Assembly (NCBI GenBank): GCA_034780895.1
Contig: JAUZTB010000071.1
Span: 4,501,387 to 4,565,386 of the forward strand
Direction of reading: 5' to 3'
Source: Rhynchobatus australiae
Taxonomy: Eukaryota
DNA: 64,000 nt
In this document: positions 37,350-50,757 of the stretch, in pieces
Layout: each line of letters starts with the position of its first letter
Numbering within the stretch: the first letter of the stretch is position 1
Notes under the pieces: generated by a model
Database searches by the model: none
Seen by the model: only the letters and a program-made list of their open reading frames with translations
Told to the model about the DNA's origin: nothing
Translations under genes and position numbers: made by a program

Positions 37350-38585
37350 ATTATGATGTGAGATATATAGACTTCCAAAAGGTGTTTGATAAGGTGCTAC
37401 ATAATAAATGTAATCAAGACAAAAGCCATGGAATAAAAGGGAATATTGAGGCACGGACAGAAGATTAGTTAAGCAACAGAAATTGACTACAGCTCTGCCT
37501 TCAATACTATAATTCCAAGCAAACTCATCACCAAAATCAGAGACCTGGTACTTGACATCTCCCTCTGCAACTGGATCCTTGATTTCCTGACCAACAGACC
37601 GCAATCAATAAGGATAGGCAATAACACTTCTGGCATGATTATTCTCAATACTGGTGCTCCACAAGGGTGTGTCCTCAGTCCCCTACTCTACTCCCTATAC
37701 ACTCATGACTGCGTGGAAGATTCTGCTCTAACGCCATCTACAAGTTTGCAGATGATACCACCGTACTGGGCTGTATCTCAAATAATGCTGAGTCAGAGTA
37801 CAGGAAGGAGATGGAAAGCTTAGTGACATGGTGTCAAGACAAAACCTTTCCCTCAATGTCAGCAAAACAAAAGAGCTGGTCATTGATTTCAGGAAGGAGG
37901 ACAGTGCACATACACCTGCCTACATGGTGCTGAGATCGAGAGGGTTGAGAGCTTCAAGTTTCTGAGTATACATCACCAAGAGCCTGTCCTGGTCCTACCA
38001 TGTAGATGCCATGACCAAGAAAGCTCACCAGTGCCTCTAAATCCTCTGGAGGCTAAAGAAATTTGGCACATACCACCAGGCTCAAGGATAGCTTCTATTC
38101 CGCTGTTATAAGATTATTGAATGGTTCCCTAGTACAATAAAATAGATTCTCGACCTCACAGTCTACCTCGTTATGATTGTGCACCTATTGCTTACCTGCG
38201 CTGCACTTTCTTTGTAGCTGTGACACTTTATTATTCTTCATTCTGTATTGTTTTACCTTGTACTACCTCAACACACTGTAATGAATTGATCTTTATGAAC
38301 AGTATGCAACAAGTTTTTCACTGTACCTCAGTACAAGTAACAATAATATTCCAATTCCAATTCCAGAATGGTTGTTATTCACACTGAATGGAAGTGTATA
38401 GTGGAATTCCCAATGGGTTGGTAATAGATCTTGGCTATTTTTCCACATATATCAACTACTTGGTATAAAGGGAACAATTTCCTAGTTTGCACATGATATA
38501 AAACCTGGAGGTGCAGTGAACTATGAGGATGGTAGTAAAAAGTTCAATCTGAGTGTGTGTGTGAGAGAGAGAGAGGGGGACTGTA

Positions 38586-38616
<31 letters not shown>

Positions 38617-39000
38617 CTGATGGAATGGGCCTGTAAGTGACAGATGAAATTTAATGTTGCAAAATGGGAAGTGTTACATTTTTCTAGGAAGAATGAGAAG
38701 GCAATAAAAACTTGAGGGAACAGTACTGTAAGTGGCACACAAACAGGGGATGGGGATGTGTATAGTTTGTTGAATGTAACTGGGTAGATTGAGAATGTGT
38801 TTTAAACAAAAAAAACGATATGAGATCTGAGCTTTATGAATAGAGGTATAGAATTCAAGAGCAAAGAGGTCATGATGAAACTTGTATCAAATATTGGTTG
38901 AGCCATAACTAGAGTATTGTGTCCAGTTCTGAGCACTCCACTTGAAACATATAAAGGCTATTGACAGTGTAGAGAGGAGATTTGCTGACTCTGAAATACC
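37350..39000 (+). mobile_element. CR1 RT fragment hosting a Rex1 insertion and a compound GT/GA microsatellite (38548-38617)
   Basis: gacttccaaaaggtgtttgataaggtg (DFQKxFDKV); ctagagtattgtgtccagttct (LEYCVQF). Confidence 0.78.
37483..38364 (+). mobile_element. Rex1/Babar LINE, 5'-truncated and internally deleted
   Basis: [11 protein letters not shown]...[14 protein letters not shown]...[22 protein letters not shown]...KFADDTT...LNVSKTKELVIDFRK; (ccaatt)n tail. Confidence 0.9.
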
Positions 39001-39829
39001 AGTTTTATAAGGAGCAAATACTTAAACATTTGAGATGCAGTTGCACTCTGATGCAGAATCATTAACTCATTTTCAGAGAAATATAGATTCAAATATGCAC
39101 CAAATTACAAACATATTAGCCCAGTCACATCGGTATGTTATTTTTGCTTCCATTTACATTGCTATCCTTGATATAGTAAACTGTTAATGATATTGTTTTA
39201 CAATTTTTATTACCCTTGTAAATTGGGTTGCAAACAAGATGCAAACACATCCTATTACATTTCCACTCCCATTTTCTTCATATATTTCAGAGAAAAGATT
39301 TTTCCATTTAATTTAATTTTGCAGTTTGTTCAGATAATAAGGTAATAAGTGAAGTTTGTAATAAACTATTTTATCATGAGCCTTCTAAAACCCTCTGAAG
39401 AAGTCAGTTAATTTCTTCAGGCCTCATTCCAAATAATTGAATCATCAGGAGTCTCTTACTTGGTGAAAGGGAATCAGAAAGGCCTGTAAGTCTGTCACAC
39501 GGACACTCCCATTCTGGCACCTGTTGGGGTTAGACAGGTCCAGACCTGCGAAAGTACTGGGTTATGTATCTATATTTTCTGCAAGCAGAATGGCAATGGG
39601 CAGAGATCATCAATTGGCAACCCAGCTCGCTGTTTAATGTGGATTATGGGATTCTATCCAAGATCATAGCCTTTGCAAATTAGGTTCTTCTCTGTAGCTG
39701 GAGATACACCTGGATCAAACCTAATCCTTATCTGCCAGAAAGGGTTCTAACAGCCTTGCTTACAGAGATATAATAGCCTGTGTGCAGGATTGTGGGGTGT
39801 ACACTTGCTTAATCAGCTTAGAGCAGGAG

Positions 39830-40100
39830 AAGGCCTTTACCAGAATATAGAACCTCAGCAATGGAACACTGTGGGCCACCTCTTGCACTACAATGGACTT
39901 GTCTCTGATTATGTCTTTATTTTTGCACTTGGGTCTTGTTTTTTACAGTTTTTTTCTCTCTCTCTTCACTGTCTTGTATAATTTATGTATAATTTGTATT
40001 CTGTGTATTGACTGTACCTATGTGCTAGTGATGTTGCAAGCAAGTTTTTCATTGTACCTGTACCTCACGGCACCTATGCACATGGTAATAAACTTGATGA
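39830..40100 (+). mobile_element. Rex1/Babar-type 3' UTR fragment
   Basis: caagtttttcattgtacct...ggtaataaacttga, similar to the Rex1 3' end at 38300-38345. Confidence 0.6.
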
Positions 40101-40104
40101 ATGA

Positions 40105-40900
40105 TAGAACATTTGAGATGCAGAAAGAGTCCATTTGATTCATCGTATCTACAGATTGAAAAAGAGTTACCTAGTTTAATGCTACCATTCAGCGTTAGGT
40201 CTGTGGTCCTGCACTTCACAGCTCTTGGACACATTAAAGTACTGGGTTTCTGTCTCTATCTCCCTATCAGGCAGATTCCTATCAACCTTTGAATGAAAAT
40301 ATGTTTCCACATCTCTCCACTAATCCTTCTANNNNNNNNNNNNNNNNNNNNNNNNNNNNNNNNNNNNNNNNNNNNNNNNNNNNNNNNNNNNNNNNNNNNN
40401 NNNNNNNNNNNNNNNNNNNNNNNNNNNNNNNNNNNNNNNNNNNNNNNNNNNNNNNNNNNNNNNNNNNNNNNNNNNNNNNCCCTAGCTTACCCAAACTTTC
40501 TTTGTTGTTGTAACTTCCTAGTCCTGGCAACATCCTTGTAAACCTCATCTGGACCCCAACCAGTAGGGTCACACTCTTCCAGTAATGTGATTAGAACTGT
40601 AGCAGTACTCAGTAGTCTTACTAGTGTGTATGTTGTACTAGTTTAACTTGCATGTATGTATTCGCTATGCTTAGTGCAATGAAGGAAAGCATCCATTATG
40701 TTCATTAACTTGCCCAACCTCCTGTAAGAATCTGTAAATGTATGGTCCAAGGTTCCTTTATTCCTGCACACCACTCATTATCCTCCATCTACTGTACATT
40801 GTTTTGCCTTATTGCACCTTTCCAAATGCATTACCTCTCACTTCTCTGGATTAAATTCCTTTTGCCACCTTTCAGCCCAACTGACTAATTCCTTCATACT
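40105..40900 (-). mobile_element. CR1 3' portion (gapped)
   Basis: VQMRFTRMLPGL (ORF 40282-40572); aaatgcattacctctcacttctctggattaaattcc. Confidence 0.75.
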
Positions 40901-40909
40901 TAGTTGGAA

Positions 40910-41345
40910 GCAAGTGCTTTACACCATCACCAGCAGCATAGCCCTAATTACTATAGAAAGAATGGACCTTTCATTAAATGTAAGTAAAGCAAAAATTGTC
41001 TCCAATATGCCCCTGCTGCACAATGTTCCATGACAAAATAAAGGTCCATGACAAGAGCCTGTACAAAAAGGGTCATTTTTCATGTCTTGGCCCATCTTTC
41101 AGCATCAGCAAAGACAGATGTTGGTGATGAAAGTCACCATTGCCTTCGCACAGTTTGCTGCTGTTTGAAGAGTTTGAGGAACAGGACCTTAAAGCTGGCC
41201 CTAAGCTTAGAGTTTCCCAGGCAGCAATGGTCCCCTCCCTCCTGTACGCATTGGAGACGTGGGTATTTTACAGCAAAGCACCTCAGAACACTGGACTTCG
41301 TTTTCACAGGATCCTCCAGATTTACTGGGGCAGGAGATTTATATG
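40910..41345 (+). mobile_element. RTE-clade (BovB-like) LINE RT C-terminal fragment
   Basis: LSLNVSKAKI; FEEQDLKAGPKLRVSQAAMVPSLLYALETW...RILQIYW, resembling RTE TKLxVYxAxVxPxLLYxxETW. Confidence 0.8.
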
Positions 41346-41404
41346 AAACTATCAAATACTGAAAGGATCCTAATTTAAAAAATTTTAAATTTCTCTTTTC
41401 ACAT

Positions 41405-42350
41405 TTAGTATTCTGGATCTAACATCACTTATAGGAATAATGTTCAGGAATAGCAGCAGAAAAACAGATCTGGATTCCGAGTCATTGCTACTTCATCTAC
41501 AGCACTGAAGTTCATGGAATAAGTTTGATCTTACAATTGGTCAAGAAGGAATACTAGATGTCTAGACTGCATTTGCAGGTCGACGTTTTAGTGATTAAAA
41601 ATAAATGCACAATATGTTCATGACTAAGGCTGTGATATATTTACACATTCAAAGAGTGTTGACTCTGATGGTTAGTTGGCATATTAGCATTGGGGCAGAA
41701 CTGGCTGACGCAGGAGAGAAATTTGCTGCAATGACATCAGAATTGCCAGAAGCAAAACTGATAAAATGGAAATTGCGAGTGGATTTAGTATTGTAACAGA
41801 TGTTTGTGAGCAATGCAATGCATTTTTCTCTTAGGCAATGTAATTAGCTGTACATTACAGGCAAAGCTGATTTTTTTTTTGCCCTGGTTTTACCAAAGCT
41901 ATGGTATTTCAGAAGATCATTGCTTGAACTTGTAAAATTACAGGGGGGTGTAGTTCAAAAAAGTCATTTGAAGAGTTGTTTTTTCTTGCAGTGAAACATT
42001 TTAACGGCACAGTATTTTATGGGAGGGTTAGAAGAAGAATAAAGTCCGGAAGTGAGGAACTCAGCAAGGCTATTTCCTTAGCTTCTGCAGTCGGCAAACA
42101 CAGGAAAACGGTAACCTGTTACAGACGGAAAACATTGCTTTATTACAGTAAAATGTGGTCAAAAATTACCAGATTGGAGATAAGTCACCAAGTGCAGAGC
42201 TATTTTAAGAAGGCGCCATTCAGTTTTAAAACCAGCAGATTATGTTATTGAGTTAGATGAAGTAAGTAGCAATAACTTGGAATCCAGATCTGTTTTTCTA
42301 CTGCTGTTCCTGAACACCATTCTTATAAGTGCTGTTAAATCCAGAATATT
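41405..42350. repeat. Dispersed inverted repeat, ~95 bp arms (41405-41499 and 42254-42350), ~750 bp spacer
   Basis: tattctggatctaacatcacttataggaataatgttcaggaatagcagcagaaaaacagatctggattccgagtcattgctacttcatcta aligns with the reverse complement of 42254-42350 with about 10 substitutions and one 4 bp indel. Confidence 0.92.
41992..42261 (+). promoter_or_regulatory. Candidate enhancer and/or cryptic exon
   Basis: Six CpGs; CCGGAAGT (ETS, 42046-42053), TGTGGT (RUNX, 42154-42159), AGATAA (GATA, 42178-42183). Bounded by ttttttcttgcag| and gaa|GTAAGT. Confidence 0.35.
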
Positions 42351-44369
42351 TATTATTAAATAGCTTTTAGAGCTTCATTTAATATATTTTGTTTAAAGTC
42401 AAAGCCCACATGAAGATATCCCCATATATACAGAATAAAGTATTGAGTAGTTATAATAGTTGTCTGGAGAATTATCCAGCACCTTTTCTATATTTTAAAT
42501 AAGTTTTATCATCAGGGTAGGAATTCCTCCTTAGTTAGTTTGAGCATTACAAGTTAACTCCTTCTGCATGGAATTTATGATGTTCTTTTACTATATCTAT
42601 AATTAGGGTAAAAATATTGAATGATAAAATGCTCACAAATGAGTTTATGATATCGCTACAAATAATGACGAGCAATTATTTTCCTCCAGCTCCGCTTAGC
42701 CTAATAAATCATGAACGCTTTGGTTTGAAACATTATTTTAAATTATTCCCTTTTTCAGTTTATTTTTACTCTGTAATTTGATTGTAGTATTAGTCCTGTT
42801 GAATACAGCAACTGAGATTTCAAATTGAAGGAATGAATTGTCCATAATTCATTGGTCCATAAATGAATTTAAGATTTTATTTTGCCTGATATTCTAGTGT
42901 ACATTGAAAGAAATAGTACTTGAATGTATATGAAAGCAGGGATGATTTGAAGAAGTCAAATGAAAGTCTTGTCCCACCCAGCCTGTTTGCTTGTAACATA
43001 TTAATGGTGTTATAGTTTTATTTAAGTTAATCTAGTTTATTAAAGGAAAGCTGCTCTCTAGTGCTGGTCACAGAGATATGTGATAACAATTGCTATGTTG
43101 AATTTTTAGCTTTCCCTTTAAACGGGAGTAATGGAATGTAGGGATCATGCATGTGGCATATTGCACTGGTGTGGCTAGAAAAAGAAACAAACCAGTTGTT
43201 CATCTATAATTCTAGGGAATTTTTATGGGTGGGTATGGAGAATATTGAACGCTGACACGAACGTTAATTGTAGATAAGTTTTTCCTCTGTTAACTCTCTT
43301 AATCATCTTGTATCTCTAATGGGGATTTTTTTTCTGCTGAGACAGGGAAGGGCATGGGAATCCTCAACAGTTTGTGTACTCCATTGAATATGTAACATTT
43401 GACTGCTACGTCTAAAGTCTGAGTATGGACCATTTGTTTCCAGATTTTTTATTTTAGCCTCTGGCGATTGCTTTAATAGACAAAATTCAGTTCACATGAT
43501 TAAAGATAATGTGAAGATAATCATGTGTTTGGAAAACATTTTGTTTACAGGGATTTTGTTTTCGGCAGTTTGCAAAGGCCTTGGGAAGAAGCTATCCAGT
43601 AATGAAAACACAAGATCAGGGTTATACTGAATTGACTAGCACCATATGTAGAATTATCTGCCTTTCTAATCTGAAGAAAAAATACTTGAGAAGGAATAAT
43701 GTATTAAATGTAGTTTTCACTTGTATGATATTTAGAAGAACTTTTTGCACAAAGCATTCTTAATTTTTTGGAATGATTTCCAAGACAAAATACTGGACAC
43801 TTTTTTGAAATAGAACTCCAAAAAAATTAGATGAGCAAAGAGATGTGCTTCATTAGGCCAAATAGNNNNNNNNTCCTAGGTTTTCCTCATGTTATTGTGG
43901 TTTATCAGAGTAATCTCCTCACCTTCACTAGTCCCCTGTGTCTATTGGTCTGTTGGACTAGTGGTCTATTGGATTAGTGCTTCTTGTGTCAGCCTTTAGT
44001 GGAAAGTAAACCTGTTTGATTTGTTTGGAGTAAGACATAAATGACAAACTAGGAAAACAATATGATGTTTCTTGATATCATGTGCAGTTTTCTGGAACAG
44101 ATAAATATATTAAATAAGATGAACAACTCATTCTATTTGTAAATTTAATCTCATAGTAATGATAATGGATAATATCTTTGCTTGAGAACTTGGTGCCAAA
44201 CAGAAGATGCTCTTGCACAAAATTACTGTTGAAGTGGAGTCACTTGTAATGCATGGAATTAATTGCAACTTCATAATTTGCATAAGTTATTTATAAAGTT
44301 CGATTTGTGTACTTTATTTTTCCATTGATTCATCTTCTATATTATTGTGTGATTGTGTTTATTTGATAT

Positions 44370-44745
44370 GACAGTGTGGTAGTTGTGTAACTGGGCTAGT
44401 AATAATATTTTAGGGAATGTAGGATCATAGTCACCATGGCTGTTTGCAAGTTTGACATTTGTAATGCAAAATAAATCTGAAACAAAGAACCTGCTATCAG
44501 TAAAAGTGGCAATAAAGCTGCTGGACTGTTCAGACCAACTGATTGACTAATGTCCTTTGTTGAAGGAAATCTGACTCTGGTTCATGCCAAAGTGGATGTC
44601 TGTCCTTGGAAGTGGCCAAGAAAGATGAATCAAACAGCTGTGAAAAAAACAGCATTCTGGAAGTGACTTCCCCCATTCTGACTTCAGCAATTCAAGAATA
44701 TCAATAACCATTTTCTCAGAGCAATTAGGGTTGGACAATTAATTC
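44370..44745 (+). mobile_element. Old tRNA-derived SINE sharing its 3' tail with the CR1/L2-group LINE
   Basis: actgggctagtaat...caccatggc...aataaatctg...actaatgtcctttgttgaaggaaatctg...ttctcagagcaattagggttggacaat. Confidence 0.6.
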
Positions 44746-45199
44746 CAGATACCAGATGATTTTTAAAAGCATATTTTTCCATCATAAAATTTGTACATTT
44801 CCTTTAGAACTTTATTAGCTGAATGAGCATAGTTGAAAATAACATTGTGGCATTGTTGCATCAAATGTGAATGTACTGGTAGAATTTGAACTGATGAATG
44901 TGACGCAGAGGGAACACTGCAGTTCTCAGTTTGCCACCTTGCCTGGAATGCCTGCTGTTCTGGCAGGTGTAATGTGGGAGAATTTTCCAGTGTTTGCACG
45001 AAATAACCAGAGAAGCATTGTTTGTGAATCAGTAACTGTTTTGACCAGAATGTTGAGTTGTATAATCTTAATCTGAAGACCACTCAAAGTTGTATCTAAA
45101 ATTCCTTGATTTAAAAGTAGCCAAACACAACAAGAAGGTACAACTGGGGCACTGATGACCACAAGGATTGATTTGGGGTGCAGTCCTGCTTTAATTGCA

Positions 45200-46606
45200 T
45201 AGGAATGCTGAGAACATAGTCTTTGGCCCAAGATGTCTGTGCTGACCATGACGCCAATTTTAACTACATATCTGCCTCACATGGTCCATACCCTCTATTC
45301 CCTGCTTGTTCATGTGTCTGTCTAAATGCTGCTTAAATGTTGCTATCGCATCTGCTTCCTCCACCTCCCCTGGCAGTGCGTTCCAAGCACCTACCACTCT
45401 CTGTGTAAAAAAAAAAGTGCCTCGTAAATCTTCTTTAAAGTTTCCCCCTCTCATCTTAAAAGTATAATATTTGACATTTCCACCCTGGGAAAAAAGACTG
45501 ACTATCTACCCTGTCTATGCCTCTCATAATTTTACATAATTCTATCAGGTTAACCTTCAGCCTCCATGCTCCAAATGAAACAATCGGTTTGTCCAATCTC
45601 ATACTCTCCAATCCAGCAACATCCTGGTAAACCACCTGCACTCTCTCAAAAGCCTCCACATCCTCCTTGTAATGTGGTGACAACACCAGCACATGTTACT
45701 CCAGATATGGCCTAATCAAAGTTTTATACAGCTGCAACATAACTTCCCAACTTTTATACTTATTGCCCTGACCAATGAAATCAAGTATCCCGTATGCTGC
45801 CTTTACCACCCTATCTACTTGTGTGCCACTTTCAGGGACCTATTGTCTTGCATCCCAGGATTGCTTTATACATCAATGCTCCTAAGGATCCTGCCATTTA
45901 CTGTATACTTTCGTCTTATATTTGACCTCCCAATGTGCCAATGCCTCACTCTTGTCTGGATTAAGCTCCATCTGTCATTTCTCTGATTATGTTTCCCACT
46001 GGTCTATATCCTGCTGTATCCTTTGACAACCTTTTGAATTATCCACAACTCCACCAATTTTATGTGGCTTGCAAACTCACTAATCAGCCTCCTACATTTT
46101 TGTCCAAATCGTTTATCGATATCACAAACAACAGAAGCCTTAGCACTTATCCCTGTGAAACAGCACTGACCTCCAGTCGGAATAACACCCCTCTACCACT
46201 GCCTCTGTCTTCTATCACCAAGCCAATTTTGAGTCCAATCTACTAAATCATCATGGATCCTGTATGCCTTAATCTTTTGGATCAGCCTGCCATGAGCGAC
46301 CCTGTTGAATGTTTTACTGAAGTCCATATGTACAACATCCACTGCCTCATAATCAATTTTGTCACCACCTCAAAAAAACTCTAACGTTTGTAAGACATGA
46401 TCTCCCCCTGCACATGCATGCTGGTTATCAGTAATAAGTCTATGCTTTTCTAAATGTGAATAGCTCCAAATCTTAAGAACCTTGTGCAATAATCTCTCTA
46501 CCACTAACGTAAGGCTTACTGGCCTATAATATGCTGGTTTGTCCCTCTTGCGCTTCTTAAACAAAGGTAGAACATGGGCTATTCTCCCATTGTCTGGGAC
46601 CTCACC
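45200..46606 (-). mobile_element. CR1 LINE 3' portion
   Basis: ORF 45260-45454 FFTQRVVGAWNALP; ORF 46370-46564 DKPAYYRPVSLTLVV. Confidence 0.9.
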
Positions 46607-47369
46607 NNNNNNNNNNNNNNNNNNNNNNNNNNNNNNNNNNNNNNNNNNNNNNNNNNNNNNNNNNNNNNNNNNNNNNNNNNNNNNNNNNNNNNNNNNNNNN
46701 NNNNNNNNNNNNNNNNNNNNNNNNNNNNNNNNNNNNNNNNNNNNNNNNNNNNNNNNNNNNNNNNNNNNNNNNNNNNNNNNNNNNNNNNNNNNNNNNNNNN
46801 NNNNNNNNNNNNNNNNNNNNNNNNNNNNNNNNNNNNNNNNNNNNNNNNNNNNNNNNNNNNNNNNNNNNNNNNNNNNNNNNNNNNNNNNNNNNNNNNNNNN
46901 NNNNNNNNNNNNNNNNNNNNNNNNNNNNNNNNNNNNNNNNNNNNNNNNNNNNNNNNNNNNNNNNNNNNNNNNNNNNNNNNNNNNNNNNNNNNNNNNNNNN
47001 NNNNNNNNNNNNNNNNNNNNNNNNNNNNNNNNNNNNNNNNNNNNNNNNNNNNNNNNNNNNNNNNNNNNNNNNNNTTACAGATCACATTTAAAACATTTTA
47101 ACCAGCTTGCCATCTTTAAATTGTGCTTACCAACAATGATCTTTTTAGATTTTAGTGCAATTAATTGCTAGCTCTGTTGCTTGTGATGCCAGATTATTAT
47201 CTATTGAAATCTCTCTGTGGAATGTCAGCTGGAGAGTTTATAGGGGTTATTTTGATAATTGCTTACAGTGAGATAAAGCAGATATCTTGAGTTTATAACA
47301 AGATAGCAATTAATTTCATAGTTTATAAGAAGTCTTACCATTTGGGTACTTCGAACAAATTAGTTGTAG

Positions 47370-47710
47370 CTCAGATGGTGATACTCCTGTTTCTGTCTCA
47401 ATAGGTTGTGGATTCAAATCCCACCACAGACATTTAAGCACAAAAATCTAGATTCATGCTCCAGTGTAATGCTGAGGGTTGCTCAACTGTTAGAATTATT
47501 ATCTCTTAGGTGCAACATTAAACCAAAACGCACTGTACTGGATATAAAAGATATTCATGGCATTCTTTCAAAGAAAAGCAGTGAGTTTTCCTTGATGTCC
47601 TTACCAATATTTATCTCAGAATTCGCATCGCTGAAAGTTAGTCACAATGGATCTCTGCATGAGGTATTTGATCTCTGTAGGTTGCATTGTATTCTAAATT
47701 ACAACAGTAC
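47370..47710 (+). mobile_element. Old Deu-domain SINE
   Basis: ggttgtggattcaaatcccac (B-box)...gcacaaaaatctag...cagtgtaatgctgaggg...ttaaacc...ccaatatttatc...attacaacagt. Confidence 0.65.
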
Positions 47711-47989
47711 TGGAAATGAGAAAGACATTACATGAATATAGTTTCTCTTTCAGCAGTTACCTTAATTGCGAGTTTTAATTTCCTCATGGGCAAGTGTCTC
47801 CCTATGTCTGTATCGTCCTCCAGTCAGACAGCCTCCTTTCCCTTAACCCTCTTCCAACCTCTGTCCCTGAATTCCTTTGAGTTTGGCATTTTGTGCATTT
47901 CCCCGTCCTTCATATAGAGGCAGTTGTTTTGACTACTCTGTAATTTTCTGGGCTACTTGACATTTCACATGATAGAAGAAAGAAAAAGG

Positions 47990-50380
47990 ATGTGGGTTAA
48001 ATCTGTTAATTAAGAATAAGATCAGAACAGTTGTGAGAATTGAACGTGGAATCAGTTTGGGTGGAGATAAGAGAATGCAAGAGGAAGAAATCAATGGTAG
48101 GAATAGTCTGCAGGCCTCCTAACTGTAGTTATAATATAGAACAGAGTATAAGTTAAGAAATAATGGGGGGCTTGTAAGAAAGGTGCTGCATTAATTGTAG
48201 ATAACTTTAATTTTTGTGTAGATTGGACAAATCAAATTAACAAAGTTGGTCTTAAAGTTAAACGTAGACTTGAATATACAGGGTTGTGGGACAAACCAGG
48301 GACTAGACTATTCTAGGTCTCGTCATGTGTAATGATTAATGATCTTGTAATAAAAGATACTCTGGGGAAGAGGGATCATAATATAGATCTTCACATGCAG
48401 TTTAAGATTGAAAAGCTTAAATCTGAAACAATTTTTTAAAATTTTAATACAGACATTAACAAAAGTATTCCATAATTCTCAATGAAAATATATTCCATTG
48501 AGATTCTAAGAAAATGATGATCTGTTCATGCTAATAAAGGTAGTATCAAAGTGAAAGGAAAGAAATAAAATGTTGAACAGATTAGGTGTAGGTCAGAAAA
48601 TACCAAAAAAAAGGGAGAAAACAGATTGAGAGTAAATAAGCAAGCAATAACTGTTACTATGAGAATGTAAAAAAGGAAGAGTATCCAAAGCAAATGTTAC
48701 TTTGAGAATGAGTGGGAAATTAATTATGGGGAATAAGGGAATGGGAAGCATGATGAACTAGTAGTTTGTATCTGTGCTCATAGAGGAATACACTAAAAGC
48801 ATCCCAGTACAAAAGAAAATCTGGGGCAAAAGGGAGGGAGGGACTTAAAACTATTTTTATCAATGGAAAGAAAGTATGAATTAAACTAATAGAATAGAAA
48901 GTCCCCAGACTGATTCCAAGAGTCTTAAAAGAAGCAGCAGTAGCTAAATATTTTCAAGACTAATTTTTCTTGCATCTATGATTGAGAAATGCTTTCATTT
49001 AGAAAATGGTAGTTGGATATTGGGAAAACAAAAATACAATTCAGCAGAGTCAGTGTGGTTTTATGAAAGGAAGGTCACGTTTGATAAATTATTGGAGTTC
49101 ATTGAGGATGTGACTAGCATGGTGGCTAAAGGGAAACCTGTGGATGTTATATACGTATTTGTTTTTCCAAAATGGCTTCAGTAAGATCCTTCATAGGATT
49201 ACCGTATAAGATTAGAGCTCATGAGGTTGGGGTAATATCTTCACATTGTCTTGCCTAAATAGTAGGGAACAGTGTTTTTAGATTGATAAACTAAGCTGAT
49301 GGATACTATGGGGATCATTAATATTTCAACTATTTATAGTCTATATTCATAACTTGGGTAAGGTGCCAAGCATATATAACCAGATTTCTGAGGATACAAA
49401 TGCTGCTAGTGTTGTGCCTTGTTTGAGAGGCTTTTAGATAGGCAGGGAATGGAGGGCTATAGACCATGTCTTGGCAGATGTGCAGTTTAAATTAGTGCTA
49501 TAGTTGGCACAGACATCGTGGGCTGAAGAGCCTATTCCTATGCTGTACTGTTCTGTTCTATGTTCTATGTTTGGAGGCCACAAAGAGCCTACACAGAGAT
49601 ATCACTGGAGCAAAAATGTTTTAGGTCAGGTACCCTTCATCAGAAGTGGAAACATGAGGAAACAAGTGTGTTAAATTGTAGTGAGGAAAGGAGTGAAAAG
49701 AACAGAGGAAATGGTCGTGATAAGGTACGCACCGAAGTTGTCAAGTTATGGACCAAAGTTATCAAGGTAATAATTACTATAAAAACTGGCAGTTGGAGAC
49801 AGAAAAGAAAAAAAGAAACACATTAGAACGGAGAGGTGCAACCACATCTGTAGAGCGCAAAAAAGGAGCTAACTGAAATTGTTAAAATCAGTATCAAGTC
49901 CCAAAGGCTTCAAAGCACCCAGTTATCTCGCTTTCACCTCCTCCCACCATTTCCTATAAGGAAATTTGGCAGATGCAATACAATGTCGGGAAATGTGAGG
50001 TTATCCATTTTGGTAGGAAAAAAGGAAAATTAGAATATTCTTTAAATAGGGAGGTACCACAAAATATTGCTGAACAGAGATCTGGATGTCCTTAAAGTCA
50101 GTGTTCAGGAACATGAAGAAATTAGGAATACAGGTGGAAAATTGTCCTTTATTGCAAGGTCATTCACTATTACAACTGTACAGAGTGCTGGTGAGACTGA
50201 CTCTGGACTACTGTGTACAATTTTGGTTTCTTGTTCTTTTAAAAGGGAAAATATCGTTGCATTGGAGGCAGTTCAGAGAAGGTTAACCAAGTTAATTCCT
50301 GGGATGAAAGGTGTTTATTTTATGGAGATAGGTTGAGCAGGTTAGGTCTGTGCTCATTGGAGTTTAGAATAATGAAAAAT
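47990..50380 (+). mobile_element. Old CR1 ORF2 (APE to RT) with nested CR1 tail (~49410-49570) and Penelope fragment
   Basis: LLEFIEDVTSMVAKGKPVDVIY (ORF 48978); LYRVLVRLTLDYCVQFW and ALEAVQRRLTKLIPGMKG (ORFs 50086/50067). Confidence 0.8.
49600..49920 (-). mobile_element. Penelope 3' fragment with hammerhead remnant
   Basis: Minus strand reads ttCTGATGAagggtacctgacctAAAAcat at ~49617-49646; ctgaaattgttaaaatcagtatcaagtcccaaaggct matches the ORF end. Confidence 0.65.
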
Positions 50381-50399
50381 GATCAAAAAGTTATTAATC

Positions 50400-50757
50400 A
50401 AAATTAAATTGGGGGTAATAAATTGGTGTGGCTCAATGATTCATAAGAGACAGGAAATGGAATATAGGAATAAACAGGTCATTTTCGGGATGGGAGGATG
50501 TGACTAGTAGAGTGTTCCTAGTATTGGTGCTGAGGGTTCAGCTGTTCATTTATGTTGGTGGTTTTGATGAGGGGACCCAATATGACAGCCAATTATCAGT
50601 TTGCTGATGAGATAGAGCTGTGTGACATTGTGGGTTGTGACAAGGATGCATAGAGGCTTCAGAGGTATGGGTTAGGACATGGAATGTGATGTGGAAAAAT
50701 GTGAGATCATTGACTTTGATGGGAAAAGTAGAGTATTTTTCAGATTGAAAGGTGTTA
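50400..50757 (+). mobile_element. CR1 RT fragment
   Basis: gtattggtgctgagggttcagctgttca; agtttgctgatga; MECDVEKCEIIDF. Confidence 0.7.

Noticed and set aside
43551-43620. Good acceptor ttgtttacag| with open frames (similar cases at 32882 and 53710)
   Set aside because: No credible donor and no recognisable protein.
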